Source: an uncultured Bacillota bacterium (GTDB lineage: Bacteria > Bacillota_I > Bacilli_A > Erysipelotrichales > Erysipelotrichaceae). From it: 62,449 bases of DNA. The notes under the pieces were generated by a model. The model worked only from the letters and a program-made list of their open reading frames with translations. It ran no database searches and was not told the origin of the DNA. The stretch is from positions 1 to 62,449 of the forward strand of contig ONPK01000001.1 in assembly GCA_900319675.1 (NCBI GenBank), read 5' to 3'. Positions 18,324-27,821 of the stretch are shown in pieces. Positions within the stretch are counted from its first letter, which is position 1. Each line of letters begins with the position of its first letter. Made by a program: the position numbers and the translations under genes.

Positions 18324-18367
18324 AGGTTTGCCCCTGAAAAGGGGCAGGCCTTCAGGGGAGGTACAAC

Positions 18368-18880
18368 ATGAAGTATTATTTCAAGGAAAATTTCAGACTT
18401 TTGTACGCAGACGGTTCACTGTATGATGAAAATGAAAACGCAGTATATGACTACAGGAATACGACACTGCTGTTTCCTGACATTGAACTGTACAGAGACG
18501 GTGAGTTCATCGGACACGTTAAGAAGAACTTTACCATATTCTTAAGAGAATATGACATATATCTCGGTGATGAACTGGTAGACAGACTCAGTCAGGAACT
18601 GACTTTCTTCAGGTCAGAACTGACATTACAGGAACTGGGCTGGAAGATCAACGGCGACTTCTTCTCATGGGAATACAACATTACCGATGAGGAAGGCAAC
18701 CTGTTATGTGAGGTCAGCGAAGAGATCCTGCACTTTACGAAGCACTACAGCGTTGAAATATTCGATGAAGAGAACGAAGAGCTGCTCATTCTGCTGGTAC
18801 TGGCCATCAACCAGTTTGATAAGGACCAGGACAGCGCACAGTCAAGCGCAGCAGCAGCCAGCAGCAATAACGGGAGGTAA
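18368..18880 (+). CDS. LURP-one/tubby C-terminal-like (YxjI-like) protein
   Basis: Repeated beta-strand pattern, about 170 aa, low-complexity tail SSAAAASSNNGR. Family call is from memory. Confidence 0.5.
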   Translation: MKYYFKENFRLLYADGSLYDENENAVYDYRNTTLLFPDIELYRDGEFIGHVKKNFTIFLREYDIYLGDELVDRLSQELTFFRSELTLQELGWKINGDFFSWEYNITDEEGNLLCEVSEEILHFTKHYSVEIFDEENEELLILLVLAINQFDKDQDSAQSSAAAASSNNGR

Positions 18881-18886
18881 CAACAA

Positions 18887-20467
18887 ATGAAAAAGAAAGG
18901 TCTGTTATTTACGATAATAGCCCTGCTGATATTTGACTTATTAACTGCATATCTGACATTGCCGACGTTAAGTCTGCATAATCCGGGACTGTGGTTCATA
19001 GTCCTGATAAATCTGGCTGCGATCAGCCTGACGATCTATGGAATCTACTTCCCGGTCAAGCAGGGCTGGAAGAAGTCCAGGATATCCGTGTTCATTACTT
19101 CAGGACTGGCAGTAGCCATGCTTGTTGGAGCAATATTCTCATCACAGATGGTCAATGCCAGAGCCTATTCAAAGATACTGAGCATTGAAACAACGGAACA
19201 TCAGGAACTGCCAAAGGTTTCTGACATCAGGAAGATCCCTCTGATGGATACCGAGAGCAGCAAGGTTCTCGGTAACCGCAAGATTGGTGCCCTGAATGAG
19301 ATCGTAAGCCAGTTTGAGGTTTCAGATGCCTACATGACCATTGCCTATAAGGACATGCCGGTCAAGGTATCTGCTCTGAAGTATGCCGGATTCTGGAAGT
19401 GGATAAACAACAGAAAGAACGGCGTTCCGGGTTATGTCGTGGTAGATCCGGGCAATCTGACGGCTGAATACGTGGAACTGTCTGAGGGCATGAAGTACGT
19501 ACCAAGCGCCTATCTTGGTGAAGATCTGGCCAGACACATCTACTTCAGATATCCAACGACGTTCTTTGATGACATTCACTTTGAAATCGATGAAAGCGGC
19601 AAGCCGTACTATGTGGCTTCAACCTATGAATATACCATTGGCTTATTTGGCGGCAAGAAGATCAACGGAGCCATCGTAGTTGACCCGGTTAGCGGAGAAA
19701 TGAACAAGTATGGCATTAATGATCTGCCGCAGTGGGTAGACGTCGTGTACAATGGCGACTACATTGCCAGATACTTCGACATCTACGGCAAGCTGATCAA
19801 CGGTTTCTGGAACAGTCTGTTCGGGCAGAAGGGTCTGATCGAATCAACCACTACCACAACTTATAACAGTGACGGTGAATCAGTCAGAGACAACGACTTC
19901 GGCTACATCGTCAGAGACAATGATGTCTATGTATACACGGGCATTACGGCCGTAACCAATGACGAGTCCAATATCGGCTACCTCATGGCAAATGAGCGTA
20001 CCGGAGAGATCAGAGTATCATACTTTGAATCAACCGATGAAGACAGCGTCATGAGAGCAGCTGAGGGTGAAGTTCAGGAAAAGAGATACCGTGCTTCATT
20101 CCCGAGCCTGATCGATGTCAACGGCACCGCTGCCTACGTGATGGTATTGAAGGACAACCTGGGACTGGTCAAGATGTATGCCATCGTTGACGCTTCTCAG
20201 TATTCACACATGGCAGTTGATGATTCCCTGGAGAAGGCACTGTCCATCTTCAGCAAGGGAACGGCTGTCACGGGCGACATGAATGAAAAGAATATTACCG
20301 TAAAGAGAGTTGAACTGGTTACAGTCGGCGGTGAAACCATGGTCTATCTGGTAGATGGTGAAGACAACATCTACTACAGTGAATTCAGCGGTGAACTTCT
20401 GCTGATAGAAGAAGGCATGAACATCACCGTTGAAACAGACGGTACGGTATTCAAACTGAAGAAATAA
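18887..20467 (+). CDS. Membrane protein of unknown function (3 N-terminal TM helices plus a large extracytoplasmic domain)
   Basis: 526-aa ORF starting 7 nt after the previous stop. Hydrophobic N-terminus. No recognised motifs. Confidence 0.7.
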   Translation: MKKKGLLFTIIALLIFDLLTAYLTLPTLSLHNPGLWFIVLINLAAISLTIYGIYFPVKQGWKKSRISVFITSGLAVAMLVGAIFSSQMVNARAYSKILSIETTEHQELPKVSDIRKIPLMDTESSKVLGNRKIGALNEIVSQFEVSDAYMTIAYKDMPVKVSALKYAGFWKWINNRKNGVPGYVVVDPGNLTAEYVELSEGMKYVPSAYLGEDLARHIYFRYPTTFFDDIHFEIDESGKPYYVASTYEYTIGLFGGKKINGAIVVDPVSGEMNKYGINDLPQWVDVVYNGDYIARYFDIYGKLINGFWNSLFGQKGLIESTTTTTYNSDGESVRDNDFGYIVRDNDVYVYTGITAVTNDESNIGYLMANERTGEIRVSYFESTDEDSVMRAAEGEVQEKRYRASFPSLIDVNGTAAYVMVLKDNLGLVKMYAIVDASQYSHMAVDDSLEKALSIFSKGTAVTGDMNEKNITVKRVELVTVGGETMVYLVDGEDNIYYSEFSGELLLIEEGMNITVETDGTVFKLKK

Positions 20468-20492
20468 GGTCGGGTAACCGGCCTTTTTCTTT
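20466..20492 (+). terminator. Rho-independent terminator
   Basis: Stem AAGGTCGG/CCGGCCTT (one G-U pair) followed by TTTTT. Confidence 0.65.
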
Positions 20493-20556
20493 GGTAATTG
20501 TATGTCGGTGAATTGTGAACTATAATGATAATTGAAGGGAAATAATACATAATAAT

Positions 20557-21222
20557 ATGCTGAAATATCTGTTTTTGGGGCTTTTCTGTCTGACCAGCCT
20601 GATACACTTATACCACAGCTACATAAACGATAAGAAAAACAGGGCTAAGACCAAGCCGTTTCTGCTCATCTTTCTGATTCTGTACTATGTTACCGCTGCG
20701 AAGAACATCAACGCCATGTTGCTGGCGGCGTTAATTGCCAGCTGGCTGGGCGACGTGCTGTTAATACCGGATGGACACAAGTGGTTCATAGCCGGAGGCA
20801 TAAGCTTTCTGATAAGTCACGTGTTCTTCATCCTTGCCTATGTTCCGGGAATCATACACTATCACGTAAACTGGCTGATCGTAATACCACTGGCCATTGT
20901 CTATTTCACAATTGCCATCAGGATCATAATGGCGGTTAAGGACAATACGCCGAAGATGATGCTCATTCCGATGAACGGGTATCTGTGGGCAAACAGCATC
21001 ATGAACGTCTTTGCCCTGATGCAGTGGATGACATTGAGAAACACCGGTTCCATGGTGGCATATGTCGGAGCCGTACTGTTCTTTACCTCTGACTGTCTTC
21101 TGTTTCTGGTCAGATATCATAAGAACAAAGATCACATATGGAGAAAACACTTCCTGGTCATGGCGACTTACCTGATCGGGGAATTACTGATAACAGCGGG
21201 AATGCTGATGATAGGAGGATGA
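20557..21222 (+). CDS. YhhN-family membrane protein (lysoplasmalogenase-like)
   Basis: 7-8 TM helices, SWLGDVLLI, FLISHVFFILAY. Confidence 0.7.
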   Translation: MLKYLFLGLFCLTSLIHLYHSYINDKKNRAKTKPFLLIFLILYYVTAAKNINAMLLAALIASWLGDVLLIPDGHKWFIAGGISFLISHVFFILAYVPGIIHYHVNWLIVIPLAIVYFTIAIRIIMAVKDNTPKMMLIPMNGYLWANSIMNVFALMQWMTLRNTGSMVAYVGAVLFFTSDCLLFLVRYHKNKDHIWRKHFLVMATYLIGELLITAGMLMIGG

Positions 21223-21225
21223 CCC

Positions 21226-22134
21226 ATGAAATACGTATTCATTATTAACCCGAGCGCGGGCACGGAAAACAGCGTTGGCATGATAAGAGAGGCCGTTAAC
21301 AGATCAGAAAAGAAGGATCAGTGCGAAATCTATGTTACCAGAGGAGTGAATGATGCGACGGAATATGTCCGGGCATACTGCAAGAATTCACCGGAAGAAA
21401 AGGTCAGATTCATCGCCTGCGGAGGAGACGGGACTCTTAATGAGGTTGTAAACGGTGCCGTAGGTCAGGAAAATGCTGAGGTAAGCTGTTATCCATGCGG
21501 CAGCGGCAACGACTTCGTAAAGTGCTTTGAGGATCCGGAAAGATTCAAGGACATAGATAAGCTCTTAAGCGCAAAGGCCAGAAAGATAGACCTTTTAAAG
21601 GTGGGCGACCGTTACAGCGACAACGTTGTCAACTTCGGCTTTGATACGACCGTGGCCATCTCGGTAAACGAAGGAAGAGCCAAGGGCGGCAACGCTGCCA
21701 AGAATGCCTATACCATGGGAATCATCAAGGCATTGATCACCAGCATGAAAAATGAATTTGAAGTATATGCGGATGGGGAACTGATCAATCCGGACGGCAA
21801 GGCACTGTTATGCACTGTTGCCAATGGGCAGTATGTTGGAGGCTCCTTCAAGTGTGCGCCAAGAGCTGAACTTGATGACGGCTACATGGAAGTATGTCTG
21901 GTAAAGCCGATATCCAGGATCAGGTTCGTAAAGCTGCTGGACACCTATACCAAGGGAAAGCATCTGGATGACCCCAAGCTTCAGGATATCATGATATACC
22001 GCAAGGCCAGAAAGGTAAGGGTCAAGGCGAAGAAAGGCTTTGCCTATTCTCTGGATGGAGAGATCATATACGATCCGGACTTCACCATTGAGATAGCGGA
22101 AAAGGTACTTAGCTTTGCCGCTCCTGAGAATTAG
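21226..22134 (+). CDS. Diacylglycerol/lipid kinase (YegS/DagK family)
   Basis: IINPSAGT, ACGGDGTLNEVVNG, GSGNDF. Confidence 0.88.
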   Translation: MKYVFIINPSAGTENSVGMIREAVNRSEKKDQCEIYVTRGVNDATEYVRAYCKNSPEEKVRFIACGGDGTLNEVVNGAVGQENAEVSCYPCGSGNDFVKCFEDPERFKDIDKLLSAKARKIDLLKVGDRYSDNVVNFGFDTTVAISVNEGRAKGGNAAKNAYTMGIIKALITSMKNEFEVYADGELINPDGKALLCTVANGQYVGGSFKCAPRAELDDGYMEVCLVKPISRIRFVKLLDTYTKGKHLDDPKLQDIMIYRKARKVRVKAKKGFAYSLDGEIIYDPDFTIEIAEKVLSFAAPEN

Positions 22135-22137
22135 AAA

Positions 22138-22172
22138 AACAAGCTGAGGCATGTTGCTTCAGCTTGTTATTT
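22138..22172 (+). terminator. Rho-independent terminator
   Basis: Stem ACAAGCTGAGGC/GCTTCAGCTTGT followed by TTATTT. Confidence 0.7.
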
Positions 22173-22185
22173 CCCGGGAAATGAT

Positions 22186-22224
22186 AAAGAGAAAAGACAG
22201 ATGTTCATGTTTCATCTGTCTTTT
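22186..22224 (-). terminator. Rho-independent terminator for the minus-strand dehydrogenase gene
   Basis: 12-bp stem AAAAGACAGATG/CATCTGTCTTTT. T-rich on the minus strand after the stem. Confidence 0.7.
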
Positions 22225-22231
22225 CTTTTGG

Positions 22232-23200
22232 TTACTTCTTTGTGTAGTCGTAGAAGCCCTTGCCGGCATTGACACCGGTTTCGCCCTTGTCGATCTTTTC
22301 CTTCAGCAACTTGCCGATCTTGTACTCGGTCGTGCCTTCCTGCTGAGAAGCAGGCTTCATCTGGTTGATGTTGTAGGCTGTTTCCAGACCTACGATGTCC
22401 AGGATCTTGAATGGGCCTGCAGGAGCAGATGTTGCCAGCTGCCATGTCAGGTCAATGGTTTCCGGATCAGCAACGCCGTTTGCCCATAAGCCCTGAGCAG
22501 CTGACAGGAACGGTACCAGCATTGAGTTCAGGATGTAACCTGGCTGTTCCTTGTGAAGCTGTAAAGGTACCATGCCGATTGAAGCAGCGAACTTGACAAC
22601 TTCGTTGTAGATTTCCGGGCTTGTTGTCGGGTGACCCATGACTTCAGCCGTGTTGTTCTTCCAGATTGTATTTGCGAAGTGCAGTGACAGATACTTTTCA
22701 GGTCTGCCTGTGTATTCAGCAAACATGCTTGGTAACAGCGTTGAAGAGTTGGTTACCAGAATCGTGTCTTCATCCAGCAGATCCTTGAACTGTGTATAGA
22801 CTTCGATCTTGGCCTTTGGATCTTCAGACATTGATTCGATTACAAGGTAAGCGTCCTTAACGGCAGCTGCCTTGTCCAGTTCAATGTGAACGTTCTCTTC
22901 CAGGTTCTTCTTGCCTGCTGCGTATAATTCATCCAGGCTTTCAACTGTAGCTGACTTCCAGTCTCTGATCAGTCCTCTTGGATATACGAATGCTCCCATT
23001 GGTGTACCGACCAGGGCCTTTGCCTGTGCCAGATCTTCCAGCATTAATGCTGAATATCTTTCGATCTTTGGCTGTGTACGTCCGACAGAGCTTTCTGATC
23101 TGAGCCAGAATGTTGTGTCATAACCATAATAAGCACACATCAGGCCAATCTGTGTTCCAAGAACACCACCACCTAATACTACTACTTTCTTATTGTTCAT
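22232..23200 (-). CDS. 3-hydroxyacyl-CoA dehydrogenase family protein
   Basis: Rossmann VVVLGGGVLGTQIG, HFANTIW, GKGFYDY. SD GGAGG lies upstream of ATG 23200. The ORF opens at 23293. Confidence 0.82.
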   Translation of the reverse strand: MNNKKVVVLGGGVLGTQIGLMCAYYGYDTTFWLRSESSVGRTQPKIERYSALMLEDLAQAKALVGTPMGAFVYPRGLIRDWKSATVESLDELYAAGKKNLEENVHIELDKAAAVKDAYLVIESMSEDPKAKIEVYTQFKDLLDEDTILVTNSSTLLPSMFAEYTGRPEKYLSLHFANTIWKNNTAEVMGHPTTSPEIYNEVVKFAASIGMVPLQLHKEQPGYILNSMLVPFLSAAQGLWANGVADPETIDLTWQLATSAPAGPFKILDIVGLETAYNINQMKPASQQEGTTEYKIGKLLKEKIDKGETGVNAGKGFYDYTKK

Positions 23201-23314
23201 AATATGTCCTCCAATGCCATTATATAGCGCTTGTGATATTGCGGACAAGTAAAACTGATAGCTTGACAATAAACAGTATCTCTTCACATTCATGAAGAAA
23301 AAAAGTAAAAAAAA

Positions 23315-23341
23315 TTAGCACTCACCTATTGACAGTGCTAA
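23315..23341. promoter_or_regulatory. CIRCE element (HrcA operator)
   Basis: TTAGCACTC-N9-CAGTGCTAA versus the consensus TTAGCACTC-N9-GAGTGCTAA (1 mismatch). Confidence 0.85.
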
Positions 23342-23357
23342 AAAATGGGACTATAAC
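23329..23357 (+). promoter_or_regulatory. SigA-type promoter overlapping CIRCE
   Basis: TTGACA, 17-nt spacer, TATAAC. Confidence 0.6.
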
Positions 23358-23485
23358 ATAATTGTAAAGAGAATAAGAGAAGATTCTCAGGTAAGACAGA
23401 ATCCAAACCCTCCATTCCCTTACTTATAGACATAGTTCATTCATTAGGAAAGAACAATGAAAAAAGTAAAGGAGGTAAATGTACT

Positions 23486-23935
23486 ATGTTAACACCTAGA
23501 ATTTTTACAGAAAACCTGTTTGATGATCTGTTTGAGGACTTCCCATTCAGAAGCCTGGAAAACGTAGACCGTAAGCTGTACGGCAAGCATGCCGGCAGGG
23601 AAATGCTTACAGATGTAAAGGAACATGAAAACCACTATGCAGTTGAGATCGATCTGCCTGGCTTCAAGAAGGACGAGATCAAGCTTGAACTGAATGAAGG
23701 TTATCTGACTATTACCGCATCCAAGGGAGTAGATGAGGAAGAAAAGAACAAGCAGGGCAGGATCGTCCGTCAGGAAAGATATTCCGGCGTAATGCAGAGA
23801 ACATATTATGTCGGTGATCAGATAAAGGCTGAGGACATCAAGGCCAGGTATGAGGATGGTGTTCTGAAGCTGGAGATTCCGAAGGTCGAGGAAAAGAAAC
23901 TGCCTGAAAAGAATACCATCATGATTGAAGGTTAA
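23486..23935 (+). CDS. Hsp20/alpha-crystallin small heat-shock protein
   Basis: TDVKEHENHYAVEIDLPGFKKDEI, GVLKLEIPK. SD AAGGAGG. Confidence 0.92.
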   Translation: MLTPRIFTENLFDDLFEDFPFRSLENVDRKLYGKHAGREMLTDVKEHENHYAVEIDLPGFKKDEIKLELNEGYLTITASKGVDEEEKNKQGRIVRQERYSGVMQRTYYVGDQIKAEDIKARYEDGVLKLEIPKVEEKKLPEKNTIMIEG

Positions 23936-23942
23936 TCAAATT

Positions 23943-23972
23943 AAAAGCAGAGCCAGATGGCTCTGTTTTTTT
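23943..23972. terminator. Bidirectional terminator
   Basis: Stem CAGAGCC/GGCTCTG flanked by AAAA and TTTTTTT. Confidence 0.75.
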
Positions 23973-23976
23973 GTGC

Positions 23977-24651
23977 TTATTTACGGTCAACCTTGCCGCC
24001 AAGCTTTTCGTAGATCTCATCAATTTCGGCATTGTTGAGACCGTATCCGCAGTCAGCTTCCCTGAACACGTTCTCAAGTTCGGAATATTTGACGACCTTA
24101 TATGAAGAATGAAGATTGGTAATGTCGGTGTTGTCAGGTACGGCTATGAGACTCTGGGCCTTTCTGCCCTCAAGTGCCTGAGACAGGTGCAGATTGTATT
24201 CCTTCAGGTAAATGACGGGATTTTCAATCTTGTACTTCTTGTCGTTTCCGTCTTCAGTTCTCTTAATGTACCAGTTTCCGCTGTCACTGCCGCCGTACTT
24301 GCCTTCGGAAGTCAGATAGGCAATGGAGAGGATGCCCTTGGCATGGATCAGAGTTATTATCTGAGTTACCAGCTTTCCTTCATTGTTTGTTATGCTGGCA
24401 TAGTTGAGACGGTGATAACCGATCAGTTTCTTGAGAAGGCCTGATTTGGAGGCATCTCTGAACACATTAAGCTTGTAGAAATAATCTATGAGATAGTTGT
24501 CATAGATGTGCGGATAGATTGAATTCTTATAGCGCCTGTAGCCTAAACCTGCTCTGAAAAGAAACATCAGGATCATGAATCCGAATATTACATAAAACAG
24601 TAAGGTCATGTTTGAACTTGTTTCATTGGTCGTGCTTGATAAGGTTAACAT
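23977..24651 (-). CDS. Membrane-anchored NERD-domain-like protein
   Basis: N-terminal TM. The pattern ..IITLIHAKGILSIAYLTSEGKYGGSDSGNWY..IENPVIYLKEYNLHL resembles the NERD core. Confidence 0.5.
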   Translation of the reverse strand: MLTLSSTTNETSSNMTLLFYVIFGFMILMFLFRAGLGYRRYKNSIYPHIYDNYLIDYFYKLNVFRDASKSGLLKKLIGYHRLNYASITNNEGKLVTQIITLIHAKGILSIAYLTSEGKYGGSDSGNWYIKRTEDGNDKKYKIENPVIYLKEYNLHLSQALEGRKAQSLIAVPDNTDITNLHSSYKVVKYSELENVFREADCGYGLNNAEIDEIYEKLGGKVDRK

Positions 24652-24713
24652 AAGGTGACTCCTTTAAATCAGTAATATTATAAAGGAAAAAAAGGTAACA
24701 TTGAAGTTCAATG

Positions 24714-25865
24714 TTACCTGTAGATCTGCTTGTATAATTCCTTCATGTCCTCAACAGAGGTTTCTCTGATGGTATTTGAAGGAGATCCTGAGGCAAAGGC
24801 ATCATGTGCCATCTTGTCAATGTTGGCAAAGTATTCATCTCTGTCAATGCCGAACTCTGACATTGTCGGAACGTGCAGGTCACTTAACAGTGTGTTTAGT
24901 TCCTTCAGGAATGCCTCAGCTGCGGTCTTGTCGTCTGCGCTGTCTGAGAATCCAAGATATCTTGAAACATCGGCGAATCTGTCATATGCACCCTGTACGG
25001 CGAAGTCCATGCATTCCTTTAATAACATGGCATTGCTTAAGCCGTGAGCGACATGGAACAGAGCACCCATTGGTCTTGACATGCCGTGAACGATGGTAAC
25101 AGATGAGTTGTTGAATGAGATGCCGGCCTCTAAGGCTGCTAATGACATCTGAATTCTGGCTTCAGTGTTGTGGCCTTCGTTGTAGCATGTTCTTAAGTTG
25201 CCGAAGATCCTCTTGATGGCACTTAAGGCAAAGGTGTCTGATAAAGGCTGAGCCTTTCTTGAGGTATAGGATTCAAGGGCATGGCATAATGCGTCAATGC
25301 CTGTATGAGCGGTTACTGACTTCGGTGCACTCATCGTGAACATCGGATCAATGATTGCCAGATCAGGAATCAGGCAGGCACCTGTTAATAACATCTTTAC
25401 CTTTGTTTCGGTATCGTTGATGATCGTGAACTTGGTAGCTTCTGAACCGGTACCGGCTGTTGTTGGAATGGCAACCAGGCCAGGTCTCTTGATGTCGATG
25501 AGCTTGCCCATGTATGAAGCCAATGGTGCATCAGAAGCCAGCAGGATTGAGATGGCCTTGGCTGTATCGATTGGTGAACCGCCGCCTAAGGCGATCAGGA
25601 AATCACATCCAGAAGCCTTATAAGCCTCGGCACCCTGCTTGACGATGATGTCGTTTGGCTCAAAGTTTACTTCCGGGAATACTGAGTATTCGATTCCCTG
25701 TGTATCCAGAACCTTTAACAGGAGGTCAGCGTTTCCCAGCTTGACCATCGTAGCATCCGTTACGACAAAGGCCTTCCTGCCGAACCCGCCTAACAGCTTG
25801 CCGGCATCGTCCAGGGCGTTTTTCCCTGAAACGATGGTCTTTGGTGTCAAGAATGTGTTAGCCAT
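24714..25865 (-). CDS. Iron-containing alcohol dehydrogenase (FucO/lactaldehyde reductase-like)
   Basis: ALGGGSPIDTAKA, metal-binding His (HALESY, HGMSRP..HVAHG). Confidence 0.88.
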   Translation of the reverse strand: MANTFLTPKTIVSGKNALDDAGKLLGGFGRKAFVVTDATMVKLGNADLLLKVLDTQGIEYSVFPEVNFEPNDIIVKQGAEAYKASGCDFLIALGGGSPIDTAKAISILLASDAPLASYMGKLIDIKRPGLVAIPTTAGTGSEATKFTIINDTETKVKMLLTGACLIPDLAIIDPMFTMSAPKSVTAHTGIDALCHALESYTSRKAQPLSDTFALSAIKRIFGNLRTCYNEGHNTEARIQMSLAALEAGISFNNSSVTIVHGMSRPMGALFHVAHGLSNAMLLKECMDFAVQGAYDRFADVSRYLGFSDSADDKTAAEAFLKELNTLLSDLHVPTMSEFGIDRDEYFANIDKMAHDAFASGSPSNTIRETSVEDMKELYKQIYR

Positions 25866-26918
25866 TTATTTCACCATGTACTTTCTTAATAACTGTAATA
25901 ATCCGTCATAACCGTTAAGGAACTGGTTGATGGTAGCCTTGAAGGCTCCGTAGTACTGGAACTGTTCCTGTGGGAAGTTCTCGTCGTAAGCCTTTCTGAA
26001 TTCCTCGAGAGTCAGTAATTCATTGAGGATGGCTGGATCAACGTCTCTTGACATGTTATCCTTGATCTCAACGTTTGAGCTGTCATACTTCTTCTGCCAG
26101 CCGTAAGGAATTGTCAGGATGATGTCTCCACCGATGAATTCCTCGAAATGATGGCGGTTACGGAAGGCGGCAACTAACAGCTTTGTGCGGTAGCCTCTTT
26201 CCTTGAATATCTTATATGCCTTCTTCATGACGGCAACGCCTGCCATGTCATAGGCTTCGCTTGATACCAGAGTATCGGTAGCGCCATAGAAGCTCTTCAG
26301 ATAGTCATCAACTCTGCCTGACATGATTGTGCATACAGGATGCATCTTTGAAGAATCAAGTCCTTCAGCTGCTCTTCTCTTCAGACCTCTTTCAACTGCT
26401 TCAGCAACGGCAATTGCCTGAGCAACTGTGAATGATACGGTTGCGTTAACTGAAACTCCTCTGTATGTCATTTCTTCGATGGCTTCGATGCCGGCCTTTG
26501 AAGCAGGAACCTTTACCTGTGAGTTCTCAACTGTAGCGGCCAGGTCACATGCCTGTTCAACCATCTTCTGGCTGTTCTGATAGTACTTGGCGTTTGTCTG
26601 GAATGAGATTCTGCCAAGCTGTCCGTTTGAAGCTCTGAATTTATCCAGTAACAATGTAGAAGCATTTGCGCCTAAAGCCTTGATGACCATCCAAGCGAGT
26701 TCATCTTCTGTGCAGGTTGGATTTTCATCAACGAGTCTCTTGATCGTGTCTTCCCATTCAGGAAGTTCCTTCTTTAAGACGTTGAATACGATTACAGGAT
26801 TAGTGGTAGCGCCTGTAGCTCCTCTTTCTACTGAATAAGACAGTTCCTTATAAGAACATGAATCGTTCCACAATTCTGTCTGTGGATAAGTTTTGGTCAT
26901 TTCTGCTAATTTGCTCAT
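25866..26918 (-). CDS. Transaldolase-family protein
   Basis: TELWNDSC, GATGATTNPVIV, VKVPAS. Confidence 0.85.
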   Translation of the reverse strand: MSKLAEMTKTYPQTELWNDSCSYKELSYSVERGATGATTNPVIVFNVLKKELPEWEDTIKRLVDENPTCTEDELAWMVIKALGANASTLLLDKFRASNGQLGRISFQTNAKYYQNSQKMVEQACDLAATVENSQVKVPASKAGIEAIEEMTYRGVSVNATVSFTVAQAIAVAEAVERGLKRRAAEGLDSSKMHPVCTIMSGRVDDYLKSFYGATDTLVSSEAYDMAGVAVMKKAYKIFKERGYRTKLLVAAFRNRHHFEEFIGGDIILTIPYGWQKKYDSSNVEIKDNMSRDVDPAILNELLTLEEFRKAYDENFPQEQFQYYGAFKATINQFLNGYDGLLQLLRKYMVK

Positions 26919-26989
26919 AAATACTCCTTTAAAATTGATAAAATCTTGCTAAAATATAATATATAGATAAATAAAGATAGGTGAGAAAT

Positions 26990-27745
26990 ATGAAACTCAA
27001 TAGACAAAAGGAAATGTTGTCATACATCCGCGAAAAGAAGACAGCCAGTAACGAGGAACTTATGCATAAGTTTAACGTATCCATTCAGACGCTGCGCCGC
27101 GACATCAATATCCTGGAAGAACAGGGTGTTGTATCCAAGGTTTACGGTGGGGTCGTCTTCAATGATTCCAGAGAATCAATCAGCTCTGTTTCTTCAGTAA
27201 GTGAACGTCAGGGCTCAAATAATGAAGGAAAGGAGTACGTTGGCAAGCTGGCAGCCGGCATGGTCCAGGATGGCGATGTTATTTTCATCGACTCCGGTAC
27301 GACCGCCTACCGCATGCTGCACTACATGCAGTACCTTAAGAATGTAACGGTGATCTCTCATTCCATTGACGTCTTGCAGGCGCTCAGAGGAGTGACGAAC
27401 ATCACGGGAATCGGCGTCGGCGGTGTGCTTGATCACAACACCGGATCCTTCCTCATGGATACATCCTTATATAACTATAACTGCAACAAGGCTTTCATCT
27501 CGACCGTAGGCATTTCGGTATCACGTGGTCTGACCAACACCGTGCTTAATGAGGGAGCCATAAAGGCTGCAGTCATGAGTCACAGTGCGGTAAGATACAT
27601 CGTTGCTGATCACAGCAAGTTCGACGTAATTGCCTACAACCGTTTCGCAGATTTTTCAAAGATCGATGCAATCATCACTGATAAATGTCCAGAGGAGAAA
27701 TTCATCAATTACTTCGAGAACAACCACATTAAGTTGATCTACTGA
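26990..27745 (+). CDS. DeoR-family transcriptional regulator
   Basis: HTH (ELMHKFNVSIQTLRRDINILEEQG) plus a sugar-phosphate-binding C-terminal domain. The ORF opens at GTG 26981. Confidence 0.88.
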   Translation: MKLNRQKEMLSYIREKKTASNEELMHKFNVSIQTLRRDINILEEQGVVSKVYGGVVFNDSRESISSVSSVSERQGSNNEGKEYVGKLAAGMVQDGDVIFIDSGTTAYRMLHYMQYLKNVTVISHSIDVLQALRGVTNITGIGVGGVLDHNTGSFLMDTSLYNYNCNKAFISTVGISVSRGLTNTVLNEGAIKAAVMSHSAVRYIVADHSKFDVIAYNRFADFSKIDAIITDKCPEEKFINYFENNHIKLIY

Positions 27746-27821
27746 TTTCATACAACCATATCTTAATAGCATATTGATAACTTGTCAATGGTAAAGTTAT
27801 GATAATTTTGATAAATTTATG

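Noticed and set aside
23358-23485. RNA-thermometer idea for the hsp20 leader (CCCTCC near 23410 pairing with the SD AAGGAGG near 23470)
   Set aside because: Only 5 of 6 positions are complementary and the partners are about 60 nt apart. There are no fourU or ROSE-like features. The evidence is too weak to call.
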